From positions 1 through 25,716 of the IMG/VR virus record IMGVR_UViG_3300024283_000173: a DNA stretch of 25,716 bases, one strand, 5' to 3'. Below the pieces are notes generated by a model that saw only the letters and a list, made by a program, of their open reading frames with translations, ran no database searches and was not told where the DNA came from. The position numbers were made by a program, and so were the translations under genes. Origin of the DNA: a virus (taxonomy: Duplodnaviria; Caudoviricetes). Numbering within the stretch: the first letter of the stretch is position 1; the number at the start of each line of letters is the position of its first letter. This document shows positions 1-7,973 of the stretch, piece after piece.

Positions 1-843
1 GAACCGGAAGTCAGGGCTATTGTTTCTAGGTGCCAAGTCCTTATTGGCTTCGGCCCATTCGTAAGCGTACATTCTGGCTCTAGCGATGACGCAATCCTCG
101 CCGACTTGGACTGGCAGGGTGTCGGTCGGGTTGACTAGGTCGTTGCCGAGACGCCGACCGTAGGTGGCGTAGACGAAGGGATTGACCGGCTGACCCCAGA
201 GTTCGTAGAGCGGGAAGCCCAGAGTGGCACTGGCATTGTCGGTACCTTGTCCTCTGGCGTCGGTCATGTACGGCACGACTTGAGACGGGAACTGATAGAT
301 GGACCGTTGCGGGTCGATCATGTCGAGTTCTGCCCGCTCCATGGTGGTGCCTAGCCACATATACATCGACATGTTGCGCACACTAATCCACGTCTTGTGG
401 TCCTGATACTGGGCAGGATAATAGAGCTGGTAGAGCTGATAGGAGATGTTGGTGCCAGAGTTGTCGTAGTACGTTCGGTCGAGCGTGGCGGCGCCGGTGA
501 TCTGATCGTACTGGATGAGGTTGTAGATTTGCGATACGCCGGAGGATGAGCCTGGCCGGAGTTGGCGCTGGGTGATAAGACTGGTAGGGCAATCGAGCTG
601 CGACTGGTTGATAGCGGCGACGGCGGCGGCATCGAACTGGACGGTATCAGAGCCTAGTACCACCGTAACGGTACCAGTGGTGACTACCGCCGGGCTGCGC
701 CATGAGGATTCATAGAGCTGGAACGACCAGATATCCGAGTCGCGGATGACGCCCCAAGCGCGATTGATGAGGGTGCCGGTGTAGCTGAAAGGCAACTTAG
801 GTACCGCGCCTCTCAACTCCGCTTGCATGTTCTGGAACGCCAA
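1..843 (-). CDS. Putative head-tail adaptor / tail tubular protein (3' truncated by window)
   Basis: Not in ORF track. TTG start at 843 with GGAGGG RBS; open to the window edge (MAFQNMQAELRGAVPKLPFSYTGTLINRAWGVIRDSDIWSF...). Function inferred from position after capsid genes and the N-terminal ..INRAW..W.F pattern. Confidence 0.6.
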   Translation of the reverse strand, partial: MAFQNMQAELRGAVPKLPFSYTGTLINRAWGVIRDSDIWSFQLYESSWRSPAVVTTGTVTVVLGSDTVQFDAAAVAAINQSQLDCPTSLITQRQLRPGSSSGVSQIYNLIQYDQITGAATLDRTYYDNSGTNISYQLYQLYYPAQYQDHKTWISVRNMSMYMWLGTTMERAELDMIDPQRSIYQFPSQVVPYMTDARGQGTDNASATLGFPLYELWGQPVNPFVYATYGRRLGNDLVNPTDTLPVQVGEDCVIARARMYAYEWAEANKDLAPRNNSPDFRF

Positions 844-864
844 GGTAGCCCTCCGGCGTCCAGA

Positions 865-1257
865 TTAGACCATGTACGCTTCAAAGCGGAAGCTGAAAGT
901 GGATAGGTTGGTTCCGGTTGCAGCCTCTGCGCCCACCGTCTGGGATTGGCCGCCTACCGTGGCAGTAACCAGTGAGTAGTACTTGATGGTGACCCGAGGT
1001 ACGGCGTTGGCGGTTCCAGCCAAGTCCATGACCACGATGGCGTTGAACTGGCCGGTAACGTCGGCGGTATCGTCCATGTTGTCGAAGCCGCCGAAGCCCA
1101 AGCTGATAGCTGTAATGCCGTCGCCGCCGGTTGGCACGGCTCCAGTGACGTACCGGGTATAGGACGTCGGGCCGGTATGGTCAAAGATGATTTGATTCTT
1201 CGCGCCGACCTGTTGCGGATAGCCGGGGAGAACTTTGTTTCCAAGCGGGAATGCCAT
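865..1257 (-). CDS. Small virion structural protein (130 aa)
   Basis: GGAGGG RBS; Gly/Thr-rich; lies in the capsid operon. Confidence 0.65.
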   Translation of the reverse strand: MAFPLGNKVLPGYPQQVGAKNQIIFDHTGPTSYTRYVTGAVPTGGDGITAISLGFGGFDNMDDTADVTGQFNAIVVMDLAGTANAVPRVTIKYYSLVTATVGGQSQTVGAEAATGTNLSTFSFRFEAYMV

Positions 1258-1270
1258 TCAAGTCCCTCCC

Positions 1271-1948
1271 TTAGATGCGGCCGCAGAAGTTACCGCGGGT
1301 GATGATTACGCTAGAGATCGTAGAGCTGATCGGGCTGCCGATAGCTACGCCGAGAACGAAGGACAGGGTGGTGGTAGTTAGAGCCACGCCTGCGTCGGCG
1401 GTGGATGCGATGGTTGCGCTGACCTTGGCGGAGACCGTGGTAGCAGTAGCTGAAGCCGTCAGAGTAGAGTCGAAGAACACTGAGGCCGTGCCTGCCACTT
1501 GAATCCAGCCGAAGTTGCCCTTGGTGAGTGCTACGCCGGTGCCGCTGGAGGTCGTCGGGTTGATGAATACGCCGGCAATGTAGCCCGGGACGGCAGTGGT
1601 GGGCTGAGCGTCAGCGGTGACCACGTAAGACTGTGTTGCGCCACCCGGCAGTTCGTTGGAGCGCCAGAAGGCAATGGCACCGCGGACTGGTGAGGCTGTC
1701 GAGGTGGCTAGCGTGCCGACGTACATGTAGACGCCGCCGTAGAGCGTGCCGACAGTGGTATCACTGTTAGCCAGAGCCGAAGCGTCGTCCAGCACGATAC
1801 GGTCGCCGGGCTGCGTTGCGCTCGACTGCACCGACTGGACACCGGTAGGGACGCTGACTAATGCGCCACCGGAAGTCGAGTCGTTGACGTCGTTGAGCCA
1901 CTTGGCTGTGAGTTGGTCAGCTTGTTTCGTGAGCATTCCGCCTGCCAT
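1271..1948 (-). CDS. Putative capsid decoration/cement protein (225 aa)
   Basis: AAGGAG RBS; Thr/Ala/Ser-rich; GNFGWIQVAG motif of the kind seen in capsid cement proteins; directly after the major capsid gene. Confidence 0.65.
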   Translation of the reverse strand: MAGGMLTKQADQLTAKWLNDVNDSTSGGALVSVPTGVQSVQSSATQPGDRIVLDDASALANSDTTVGTLYGGVYMYVGTLATSTASPVRGAIAFWRSNELPGGATQSYVVTADAQPTTAVPGYIAGVFINPTTSSGTGVALTKGNFGWIQVAGTASVFFDSTLTASATATTVSAKVSATIASTADAGVALTTTTLSFVLGVAIGSPISSTISSVIITRGNFCGRI

Positions 1949-1999
1949 GGTGTATCTCCTTTATCCCAATCTCACTGAGAACCCACTTAGTATTCTCAT

Positions 2000-3142
2000 T
2001 TAGAATCCTGCGCCAACCAGCTGCCAGTTATCGCGAGGCTGCACGGTGTAGAGGTTCAAGCCCGCTTTGAGGAACATGACCACCAAGTCCGCGTTGTTCT
2101 GGCTGCGGATAGGCGGCGTGAAGTTGAAGTTATACTCCGGGTCGGATGACGGACGGAGCTTCCATCCCTTGACGCGCAGCCAGAAGAATGGCTCGCCGGG
2201 AGTGCAGGAAGTGGCGCTCGGGTAGTTAGAGATGGCGTTCTGCGTCGTGCTGAGCGTCGGAGTGGTGAAGGCTGTCGGCTTGATGCTTGTGGTCTGGCTC
2301 AGGTTGGACGGCAGGATGGTGCCGTACTTGGTCGACGGAGCCAGTTTGTCCACGAAGATGGTGCCATCGAGGACTTTCAGGCCGCTGACGCCAATGCTGA
2401 GGTCTGAGACCATCTCAAAGCGCTGCTTCGGTTCCTGACGCTCGGCCAAGTAGCTGAAGAGAGCCTTGTTGCACAGGCCGATGTCGGGAGGCTGCACGCA
2501 GTTTTGATACGCCTCGAAGACTGTCTTGTAGCTGATCTGGCCGGTGTTGCCGGCGGTGTCGCCAACCCATGTCGGAACTGAGTTGAGTACGTTGCCGATA
2601 GCGCCGTTACGAGTCTGGCCGCCGTAAGTGGTGAACACGTTACCGTCCCAGGAGGGGTTGACACCGTCGTTGAGCGCTTCGGAGAGACCGTTAATGAAGA
2701 TCTGCCGGTTGGAGCCGGTAATGTTCTGCCCGTGACGGTAGAAGTCAATGGCTACGTCGGTGTTGAGTGCCTGCACCGCGTTCTGCATGTAAGCGTCGAT
2801 CAACTTGACCTTGACCGCCGGGCCGGAACCCTGGATTACGTTGGTCTGCCAGAGGTTCAATGGCACCTGCTCCACGTATTCCTTGGGCACGAAGGCGGTG
2901 GCCGCGATGATCTGCTTCTGCACGACGGTCACATCGGAGCCTGGAGCAATAGCGCCACCGTTCACACGGTCGTACATAAACGGATCCTGCATGAAGGTAC
3001 CGCTGGCAAAGTCTTCGAGAGCGCCCATGGCGCGCATCTTGCGCATCCATGGAGTTTCGACGAAAAAATTATCAACGAGTACATCGTCTTTGAGATCTGC
3101 CAGTGTTGTGGCTGAGATTTGATCAAATGTTGGGTCGGCCAT
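2000..3142 (-). CDS. Major capsid protein (HK97 fold, 380 aa)
   Basis: N-terminus DQISATTL..LVDNFF..P..RKM resembles podovirus-type capsid proteins; size fits; follows the scaffold-like gene; AGGAG RBS. Confidence 0.85.
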   Translation of the reverse strand: MADPTFDQISATTLADLKDDVLVDNFFVETPWMRKMRAMGALEDFASGTFMQDPFMYDRVNGGAIAPGSDVTVVQKQIIAATAFVPKEYVEQVPLNLWQTNVIQGSGPAVKVKLIDAYMQNAVQALNTDVAIDFYRHGQNITGSNRQIFINGLSEALNDGVNPSWDGNVFTTYGGQTRNGAIGNVLNSVPTWVGDTAGNTGQISYKTVFEAYQNCVQPPDIGLCNKALFSYLAERQEPKQRFEMVSDLSIGVSGLKVLDGTIFVDKLAPSTKYGTILPSNLSQTTSIKPTAFTTPTLSTTQNAISNYPSATSCTPGEPFFWLRVKGWKLRPSSDPEYNFNFTPPIRSQNNADLVVMFLKAGLNLYTVQPRDNWQLVGAGF

Positions 3143-3170
3143 CTTTACTCTCCTGTGTACTCACTGACAG

Positions 3171-4007
3171 CTAATTCTTGAATCCCTCGGACTGACGCTC
3201 TGCTAATTTCTGAACCCCGCGTACGACACGGTCATTCGCAAGCTGCGTTTCGCTCTTATTCCACGGCTGGTTGTCAGCGCGCAGCTTATCGTCGGGGCGC
3301 ACAGCGAAAGGTGACTTGGAAGGAACCATGGGACGTGTCTCGGGATTGCCGAAGCGGGAGACCAGTTCGGTTTCCTTCTCCTTGGCGCCTTCGGCTTTCC
3401 ACTTGGCGATTTCGGCGTCACGCTGCTTTTGGGCGGCGGCTTCGCGAGCATCGCGTACCTTGAACTTCTCTTCCCAATAAGGGAGCAGAGTTTTGCCCTG
3501 GGATTGAGCTTCACGGCGGAGCTGTTCGGCGTTGAAAGGGACGTTGGGGAAGAGGCGTGCGTGTTCGCTGGCCGCGTCGAGCATGGCGGTAAGATTGGCG
3601 GCGAAGGTGTCACCGGCCTGCTGGAACTTCTCCATGGTGAGATAGCGATCGTCAGGAGCGGCGGGCTGTTGCTTAGGAGGTTCCGTTTCGTAGCCTAAAT
3701 CCTTGGCAATGTCCACCATGCCCTGCTTTTGGGCTTCCAAGAGAGCAGCCTTGGCGCGAGCAGCTTCGGCAGCAGCGGCTACGGCTTGATTCTGGACCTG
3801 CTTGAGCTTGCTGTCGTTCTCGGTGTACCAGGACTGCACGCGAGCTTCGTAATTCTTCATGGTCTCTTCGAGCTTAGCGGCAGTCTGACGGGCTTCCTCG
3901 GCTTCAGCCTGCGACTTATCGAATGCGCGGCGGGCTACCGCTGAATCCAAAACCTTGATCTCTTCCTCTGTGGCCCCATTGGCTTTCAAATACTCTGCGT
4001 ATGTCAT
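3171..4007 (-). CDS. Capsid scaffolding protein (278 aa)
   Basis: Ala/Glu/Lys/Gln-rich coiled-coil composition; immediately upstream of capsid gene; AAGGAGG RBS. Confidence 0.7.
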   Translation of the reverse strand: MTYAEYLKANGATEEEIKVLDSAVARRAFDKSQAEAEEARQTAAKLEETMKNYEARVQSWYTENDSKLKQVQNQAVAAAAEAARAKAALLEAQKQGMVDIAKDLGYETEPPKQQPAAPDDRYLTMEKFQQAGDTFAANLTAMLDAASEHARLFPNVPFNAEQLRREAQSQGKTLLPYWEEKFKVRDAREAAAQKQRDAEIAKWKAEGAKEKETELVSRFGNPETRPMVPSKSPFAVRPDDKLRADNQPWNKSETQLANDRVVRGVQKLAERQSEGFKN

Positions 4008-4016
4008 TTTGCCTCC

Positions 4017-4325
4017 TTACCCGTTACTCGGCGGCGCGGCGGGTTCGCCCGTCTGAGAACTTTCCATGATTCCAGCTACCACTTCCCGCAAGATATTGTT
4101 AATCTGCGCAATCTTTGGCGTAACCACCGGAAACATCTTGGCCAGGGCTGTAAGGTCGTGAGCTATCCTGATACCCAGTTGCGTTCCCTCATTCATTTGT
4201 GGAGAAGGAGTGGCCGGAGCCGGTGATACTTGCGGCGGCGAGGTTGGATTGACCTGCGCCGGCGATGGCGGGGCATTTCCCCCTGCACTTGGGGGCGGAG
4301 TCATCGCAACTGGAGCGGCAGCCAT
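4017..4325 (-). CDS. Pro-rich hypothetical protein (102 aa)
   Basis: ORF abuts the upstream stop codon; lies in the head module. Confidence 0.65.
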   Translation of the reverse strand: MAAAPVAMTPPPSAGGNAPPSPAQVNPTSPPQVSPAPATPSPQMNEGTQLGIRIAHDLTALAKMFPVVTPKIAQINNILREVVAGIMESSQTGEPAAPPSNG

Positions 4326-4481
4326 TTATGCTTTCTTGTGCGCCTGCTTCTTACCCTTCTTGAGACTGGGGCCAACCATAGTGTCGGCCTTCATATCGGA
4401 CTTCATCTTGAGCTTGGAGCCGGCGCCGCCGATCTTGGTGAGATTACCGGCGAAACCGCCTGATTTACTGTGTCCGCGCAT
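4326..4481 (-). CDS. Lys/Gly-rich basic peptide (51 aa, MRGHSKSGG...KKA)
   Basis: GGGAGA RBS before ATG 4481; preferred over the 78-aa start in the ORF track. Confidence 0.6.
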   Translation of the reverse strand: MRGHSKSGGFAGNLTKIGGAGSKLKMKSDMKADTMVGPSLKKGKKQAHKKA

Positions 4482-4494
4482 CGAATGTCTCCCG

Positions 4495-4581
4495 TTACTT
4501 CTTCTTGCCGAATAGCTTCGCGCCCTTACCGTCCTTCTTACCGTCCTTTTCCTTTTTGCCATCCTTACCGTGATGCTTCAT
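4495..4581 (-). CDS. Lys-rich micro-peptide (28 aa, MKHHGKDGKKEKDGKKDGKGAKLFGKKK)
   Basis: Strong GAGGAG RBS directly after the terminator hairpin; not in ORF track. Confidence 0.55.
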   Translation of the reverse strand: MKHHGKDGKKEKDGKKDGKGAKLFGKKK

Positions 4582-4594
4582 AGGGCTCCTCTGG

Positions 4595-4675
4595 AAACAA
4601 AAAGGCCGACTACCACTAACGCATGTGTCGGGCTCGGAGGCAACCAAGCAAGAGGTGCGTTAATAGCAGTCGGCC
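4595..4675 (-). terminator. 20-bp stem / 32-nt loop hairpin with U-tract (terminator, attenuator or sRNA 3' end)
   Basis: Arms 4656-4675 and 4604-4623 pair fully on the minus strand with 3 G-U pairs; followed by UUUUUGUUU. Confidence 0.8.
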
Positions 4676-4724
4676 GTATCTAACCTGACTGTGGTGTCAG
4701 GGGATAACGAATCCCACTGTGGGG

Positions 4725-4755
4725 ACTCTACAGTAACAGGACTAGGTGTTGTCAA
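4725..4755 (-). promoter_or_regulatory. Possible sigma70 promoter for the leader RNA
   Basis: TTGACA at 4755-4750; -10 candidates TACTGT and TAGAGT have non-ideal spacing (14 and 19 nt). Confidence 0.4.
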
Positions 4756-4764
4756 GAGAAATCG

Positions 4765-5013
4765 TTAGGGATGGATGGAAGAGTAGCGGATATCCTGCTC
4801 TTCACGGAACCGGACACGGCAGATACCGCCTTGGGAGAGTGCTACTTCGAGGGTACCGGTGGCCTTTTCGGTGCGCAGGCCGATGAGGATTTGTACGAAG
4901 TCGAGGGAGCCCTGGTAGACACGTTCGCGCACGAGGTGGTAAGTATCGCGAAGCGGAGTCATTGTCTCCGTGGTGGTGGTGCGGATACTGGTTACGCTCA
5001 TAGTATTTGCCAT
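4765..5013 (-). CDS. Small protein, DUF2292/YezD-like (82 aa)
   Basis: C-terminal KATGTLEVALSQGGICRVRF pattern resembles DUF2292-type proteins (by eye). Confidence 0.5.
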   Translation of the reverse strand: MANTMSVTSIRTTTTETMTPLRDTYHLVRERVYQGSLDFVQILIGLRTEKATGTLEVALSQGGICRVRFREEQDIRYSSIHP

Positions 5014-5243
5014 CTGATGCGGCCATCACGCGAGGCGGCTAGAGCTTCTTCATGGTACTCCTTGGAGTAGCCGCCGTGCTCGTGGGCTGGATTGGTGGCC
5101 GGGATGGTGAAGCAGACTACCTTGGTTCCACGGGCTTGGTAGTAGGCATCGGCATCGAAGGTCCAGGTGACACGTGGAGAGATGTATTCGTAGAGCTTGC
5201 CGCCCTTGCGCTGGTGTTCGAGTGCTTCAGCTGGCGTCATCAC
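4998..5243 (-). CDS. Hypothetical protein (81 aa)
   Basis: Start overlaps the portal stop codon. Confidence 0.55.
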   Translation of the reverse strand: MMTPAEALEHQRKGGKLYEYISPRVTWTFDADAYYQARGTKVVCFTIPATNPAHEHGGYSKEYHEEALAASRDGRIRWQIL

Positions 5244-7312
5244 CGACTCTCTGTAATCGTGCTTCTGGCACCGTTATCCTTGGAAACTAGACGAGGTGGA
5301 GCGTTGCCGGAAGGTGGTCGGCCTTCGGGATTAGGCTTAGCCGGAGGTGCGGCGGCTCCCGGGGGCGTACCTGGTGGTATAAGTCCTTCGGCGCCGGCTA
5401 TTTGTTGCATCCTGGCGGCGAATTCTAGGTCTAGTTCCTGCTCGGACTGGTAACGCTCGATGATGGTATTGCCCTGTAGGTTGCCGTAGTTTGGCAATTC
5501 CCAAGATTCTGCGATGGTCTGGGAGTCAATCTTCACACCGGCTTTTCTCAGTTGCACGAGCCCGAGCTTCATGGCCATCTGCGTCATCTCGTGCAGAGAG
5601 TTAGGCAGGATGAAGAAGCGCAGGTTGTCGGCGAAGACGCGAGCTCTGGTGATCTTGTCTGACGCTGAGCCAAACTTGGGATCCTCGCCGGGCAGGTGAG
5701 AAGGCACGAGGCTGGCAGGGTCGAAGTCGAATACCTCGGGATGTACGCCATCCATGCCAACGATCTGCATCACTCTAGGAGTGGTGTAGTACTGCAGGAC
5801 GAGATACTTGACCATGACGCCCAAGTCGCGCATGGGTGGTTCCATGGAGCGGGACATGTCCTCGACGATCGGGCCTTGCGTCTCCATGATCTTTTCTAGC
5901 TCATCCATGGAGCCGACGGTACGGGCTTTGGCTAGGGCTTGCACGTCGTTGATAGCCATCTGAGCGTCCATGGCGGCGCCGAGAGTCTCGTACATCTGCA
6001 TGGATTCAGGATAGACCTTGAGGACGTCCATGGGCACGGCGAGGTCTACGCCGATGCCGTCTACCGCGTTGCCGTCGAGGCCGATGCGGGCGCGGGGCTG
6101 CATGGGATCGAAGCGGCGCATCTCCTTCATGGAGGTGGCGTTGGTATCAAACTTCAATGGAGGATCGAGTTGACTCCTGATCTTGTCCATGTTGCCGCGC
6201 ATGATCTCTTTCATGGATTCGTTGAGATCGTAGCCGTCGTGGACGAGACTGAAGCCGAGAGGTTCCCATGGCCAACTGTCGGGGCTGAAGCTGATGCCCG
6301 GGAACATGCCGTGCCAGTCAAAGCCGGGGCCGTCATACATGATGCAGCGGTCGGAGCTGATGAGCAGGCGGCGGTAGGGATAGAGCCGGGCATCGTTCTC
6401 GTCGGCCTTGCGGGTTAGGGCACGGCCGTTGGTGTCGGTGCCTACGGGGATTTCCTGGCCGATGTGCGGCACGGTGTAAGACCATGTGGAGCCCGGTTCG
6501 CCCATGGGGATGGGACGGTCGGTGGTGTTGATACTGAGGTCGAGCACCCACGTTTTTCTCACTGGCACGAGAAGGTCGGGCAGGCCGGCAGTCTCGGCGC
6601 GAGGTGTCTTGCCGAAGATACGTTGCAGGACGTTGCCGAGGGCGGCTTTGTGGACGGAGTCGTTCTGGTACCAATACTTTGAGCTGGAAGGGACTAATCT
6701 ATCCTGAAAAGAAGGAAACATGCCGTGCGCCATAGCAACAGGCATTTCATCCAGAATGGTAACCGCGTAGGCTTCTTGCCAGTTGCCTGAGCTAGGGAGT
6801 TGGGTGGGTAGGACAGAGGGAGCGCCGTATGTGAGTAACTTAATGTCACCCCTTCCGGTGCCATGCATATCTCTGCGGTATACGGGATGAATCCAGCCGC
6901 GTCCAGTCGCTGCCGCATATTGGAGTGCCTCCTTTACCGCACGGTCGGCGAAACTCTCGAGATACCATGCGCGGGTGACTTTGTTCATCATCAGCGCTTG
7001 GTCGGCGTAGGCTTTGTTGTCGCTGTGATAGCCCCAGAAGGGACGCAGCTTGGACATGACCGAGACGACTTCTCGGATGTTGCGCTTGAGACGGTTGGTG
7101 TTAATCCGGCTGCGGTAGGAGGCGTTATAGGTTGGCTGAGTATCCATGCCGGAGATGGTGTCGAGAGCTTTACGGAAGTCGCGGAAGCCGCGCTGGCTTT
7201 TTAGCCAGGCGAGGCCGTCGCCGGTGGCATCGTCGAGCCAGCCTAGGCGACTAGCTTCGTCGGTTGCGCCGGGAGGGCACTGCCAACTCTTGAATGAGAG
7301 TTTCTCAGCCAC
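5240..7312 (-). CDS. Portal protein (P22/podovirus-like, 690 aa)
   Basis: Size and position between TerL and scaffold; N.NRLKRNIREVVS, A..TGRGWI and F..FP...F motifs; low-complexity Pro-rich C-terminus. Confidence 0.8.
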   Translation of the reverse strand: MAEKLSFKSWQCPPGATDEASRLGWLDDATGDGLAWLKSQRGFRDFRKALDTISGMDTQPTYNASYRSRINTNRLKRNIREVVSVMSKLRPFWGYHSDNKAYADQALMMNKVTRAWYLESFADRAVKEALQYAAATGRGWIHPVYRRDMHGTGRGDIKLLTYGAPSVLPTQLPSSGNWQEAYAVTILDEMPVAMAHGMFPSFQDRLVPSSSKYWYQNDSVHKAALGNVLQRIFGKTPRAETAGLPDLLVPVRKTWVLDLSINTTDRPIPMGEPGSTWSYTVPHIGQEIPVGTDTNGRALTRKADENDARLYPYRRLLISSDRCIMYDGPGFDWHGMFPGISFSPDSWPWEPLGFSLVHDGYDLNESMKEIMRGNMDKIRSQLDPPLKFDTNATSMKEMRRFDPMQPRARIGLDGNAVDGIGVDLAVPMDVLKVYPESMQMYETLGAAMDAQMAINDVQALAKARTVGSMDELEKIMETQGPIVEDMSRSMEPPMRDLGVMVKYLVLQYYTTPRVMQIVGMDGVHPEVFDFDPASLVPSHLPGEDPKFGSASDKITRARVFADNLRFFILPNSLHEMTQMAMKLGLVQLRKAGVKIDSQTIAESWELPNYGNLQGNTIIERYQSEQELDLEFAARMQQIAGAEGLIPPGTPPGAAAPPAKPNPEGRPPSGNAPPRLVSKDNGARSTITESR

Positions 7313-7524
7313 TAGGATTTATCCCACTTGAAAGAGAATTCTACCTTAACTTCACCGTCTGGAAGATTGTCGAGTCCCAAGGTTACGTTAGGAGGAAGCT
7401 GTTTCGCCCAGTTCTCTCCGCCCAACTTCACGGCTTCGGCCTTGGTGTTGGCATTCATAAAGATGAAAGTTGGAGTCGATTTAGAGAAGATACCTTCAAG
7501 CAGGTCCTTGTAGGCTAGTTTCAT
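7312..7524 (-). CDS. Hypothetical protein (70 aa)
   Basis: Translationally coupled at both ends; visibly more AT-rich than its neighbours. Confidence 0.6.
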   Translation of the reverse strand: MKLAYKDLLEGIFSKSTPTFIFMNANTKAEAVKLGGENWAKQLPPNVTLGLDNLPDGEVKVEFSFKWDKS

Positions 7525-7973
7525 TAGAAGTGTACCTTGTCCAAGTTCACAGTCTCAGCTGCTGCGTCACGATTGCCAAGTTCATTCTCTCTCGCGTGCA
7601 GATACCATTGCGCTTCAAGGAATCTCTGACGGTAATTCTCGCGCTTGCGGTCATCGCGTAGTTGTAGATAGAAGCGCAGGAATTCCTTCTCGTATTCGGT
7701 GGTTACGTTGGATGAGATACGGGCGTAGATGCGATCCTTGATCTCCTTGTCCCGGGCGGCCATCAGATTCATGTCGTAGCGCATCTCGCGCTGGCTATTC
7801 TCATATTCCTGCTTGCGTAACTGGTCGACGAGGCGGTCGATAGCTGGCAGTGTGTCGGCTTCTTCCTTGATGGCACCGTCGGGAGTGGGACAGTCGGAGA
7901 ACGGTGCGAGCACGAGGTGGCCGGAAGGGTAGCGGAAGTAGATTACGGGGGCGACGCAGCCAGGCTTTCTCAT
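7524..7973 (-). CDS. Hypothetical protein (149 aa)
   Basis: ATGA overlap with the TerL stop. Confidence 0.7.
   Translation of the reverse strand: MRKPGCVAPVIYFRYPSGHLVLAPFSDCPTPDGAIKEEADTLPAIDRLVDQLRKQEYENSQREMRYDMNLMAARDKEIKDRIYARISSNVTTEYEKEFLRFYLQLRDDRKRENYRQRFLEAQWYLHARENELGNRDAAAETVNLDKVHF

Noticed and set aside
80-632. Three short minus-strand ORFs in the track
   Set aside because: Alternative frames of the real gene 1-843, which was missed because it runs off the window.
4326-4562. 78-aa protamine-like ORF as a single gene
   Set aside because: RBS placement favours two peptides starting at 4581 and 4481; not fully excluded.
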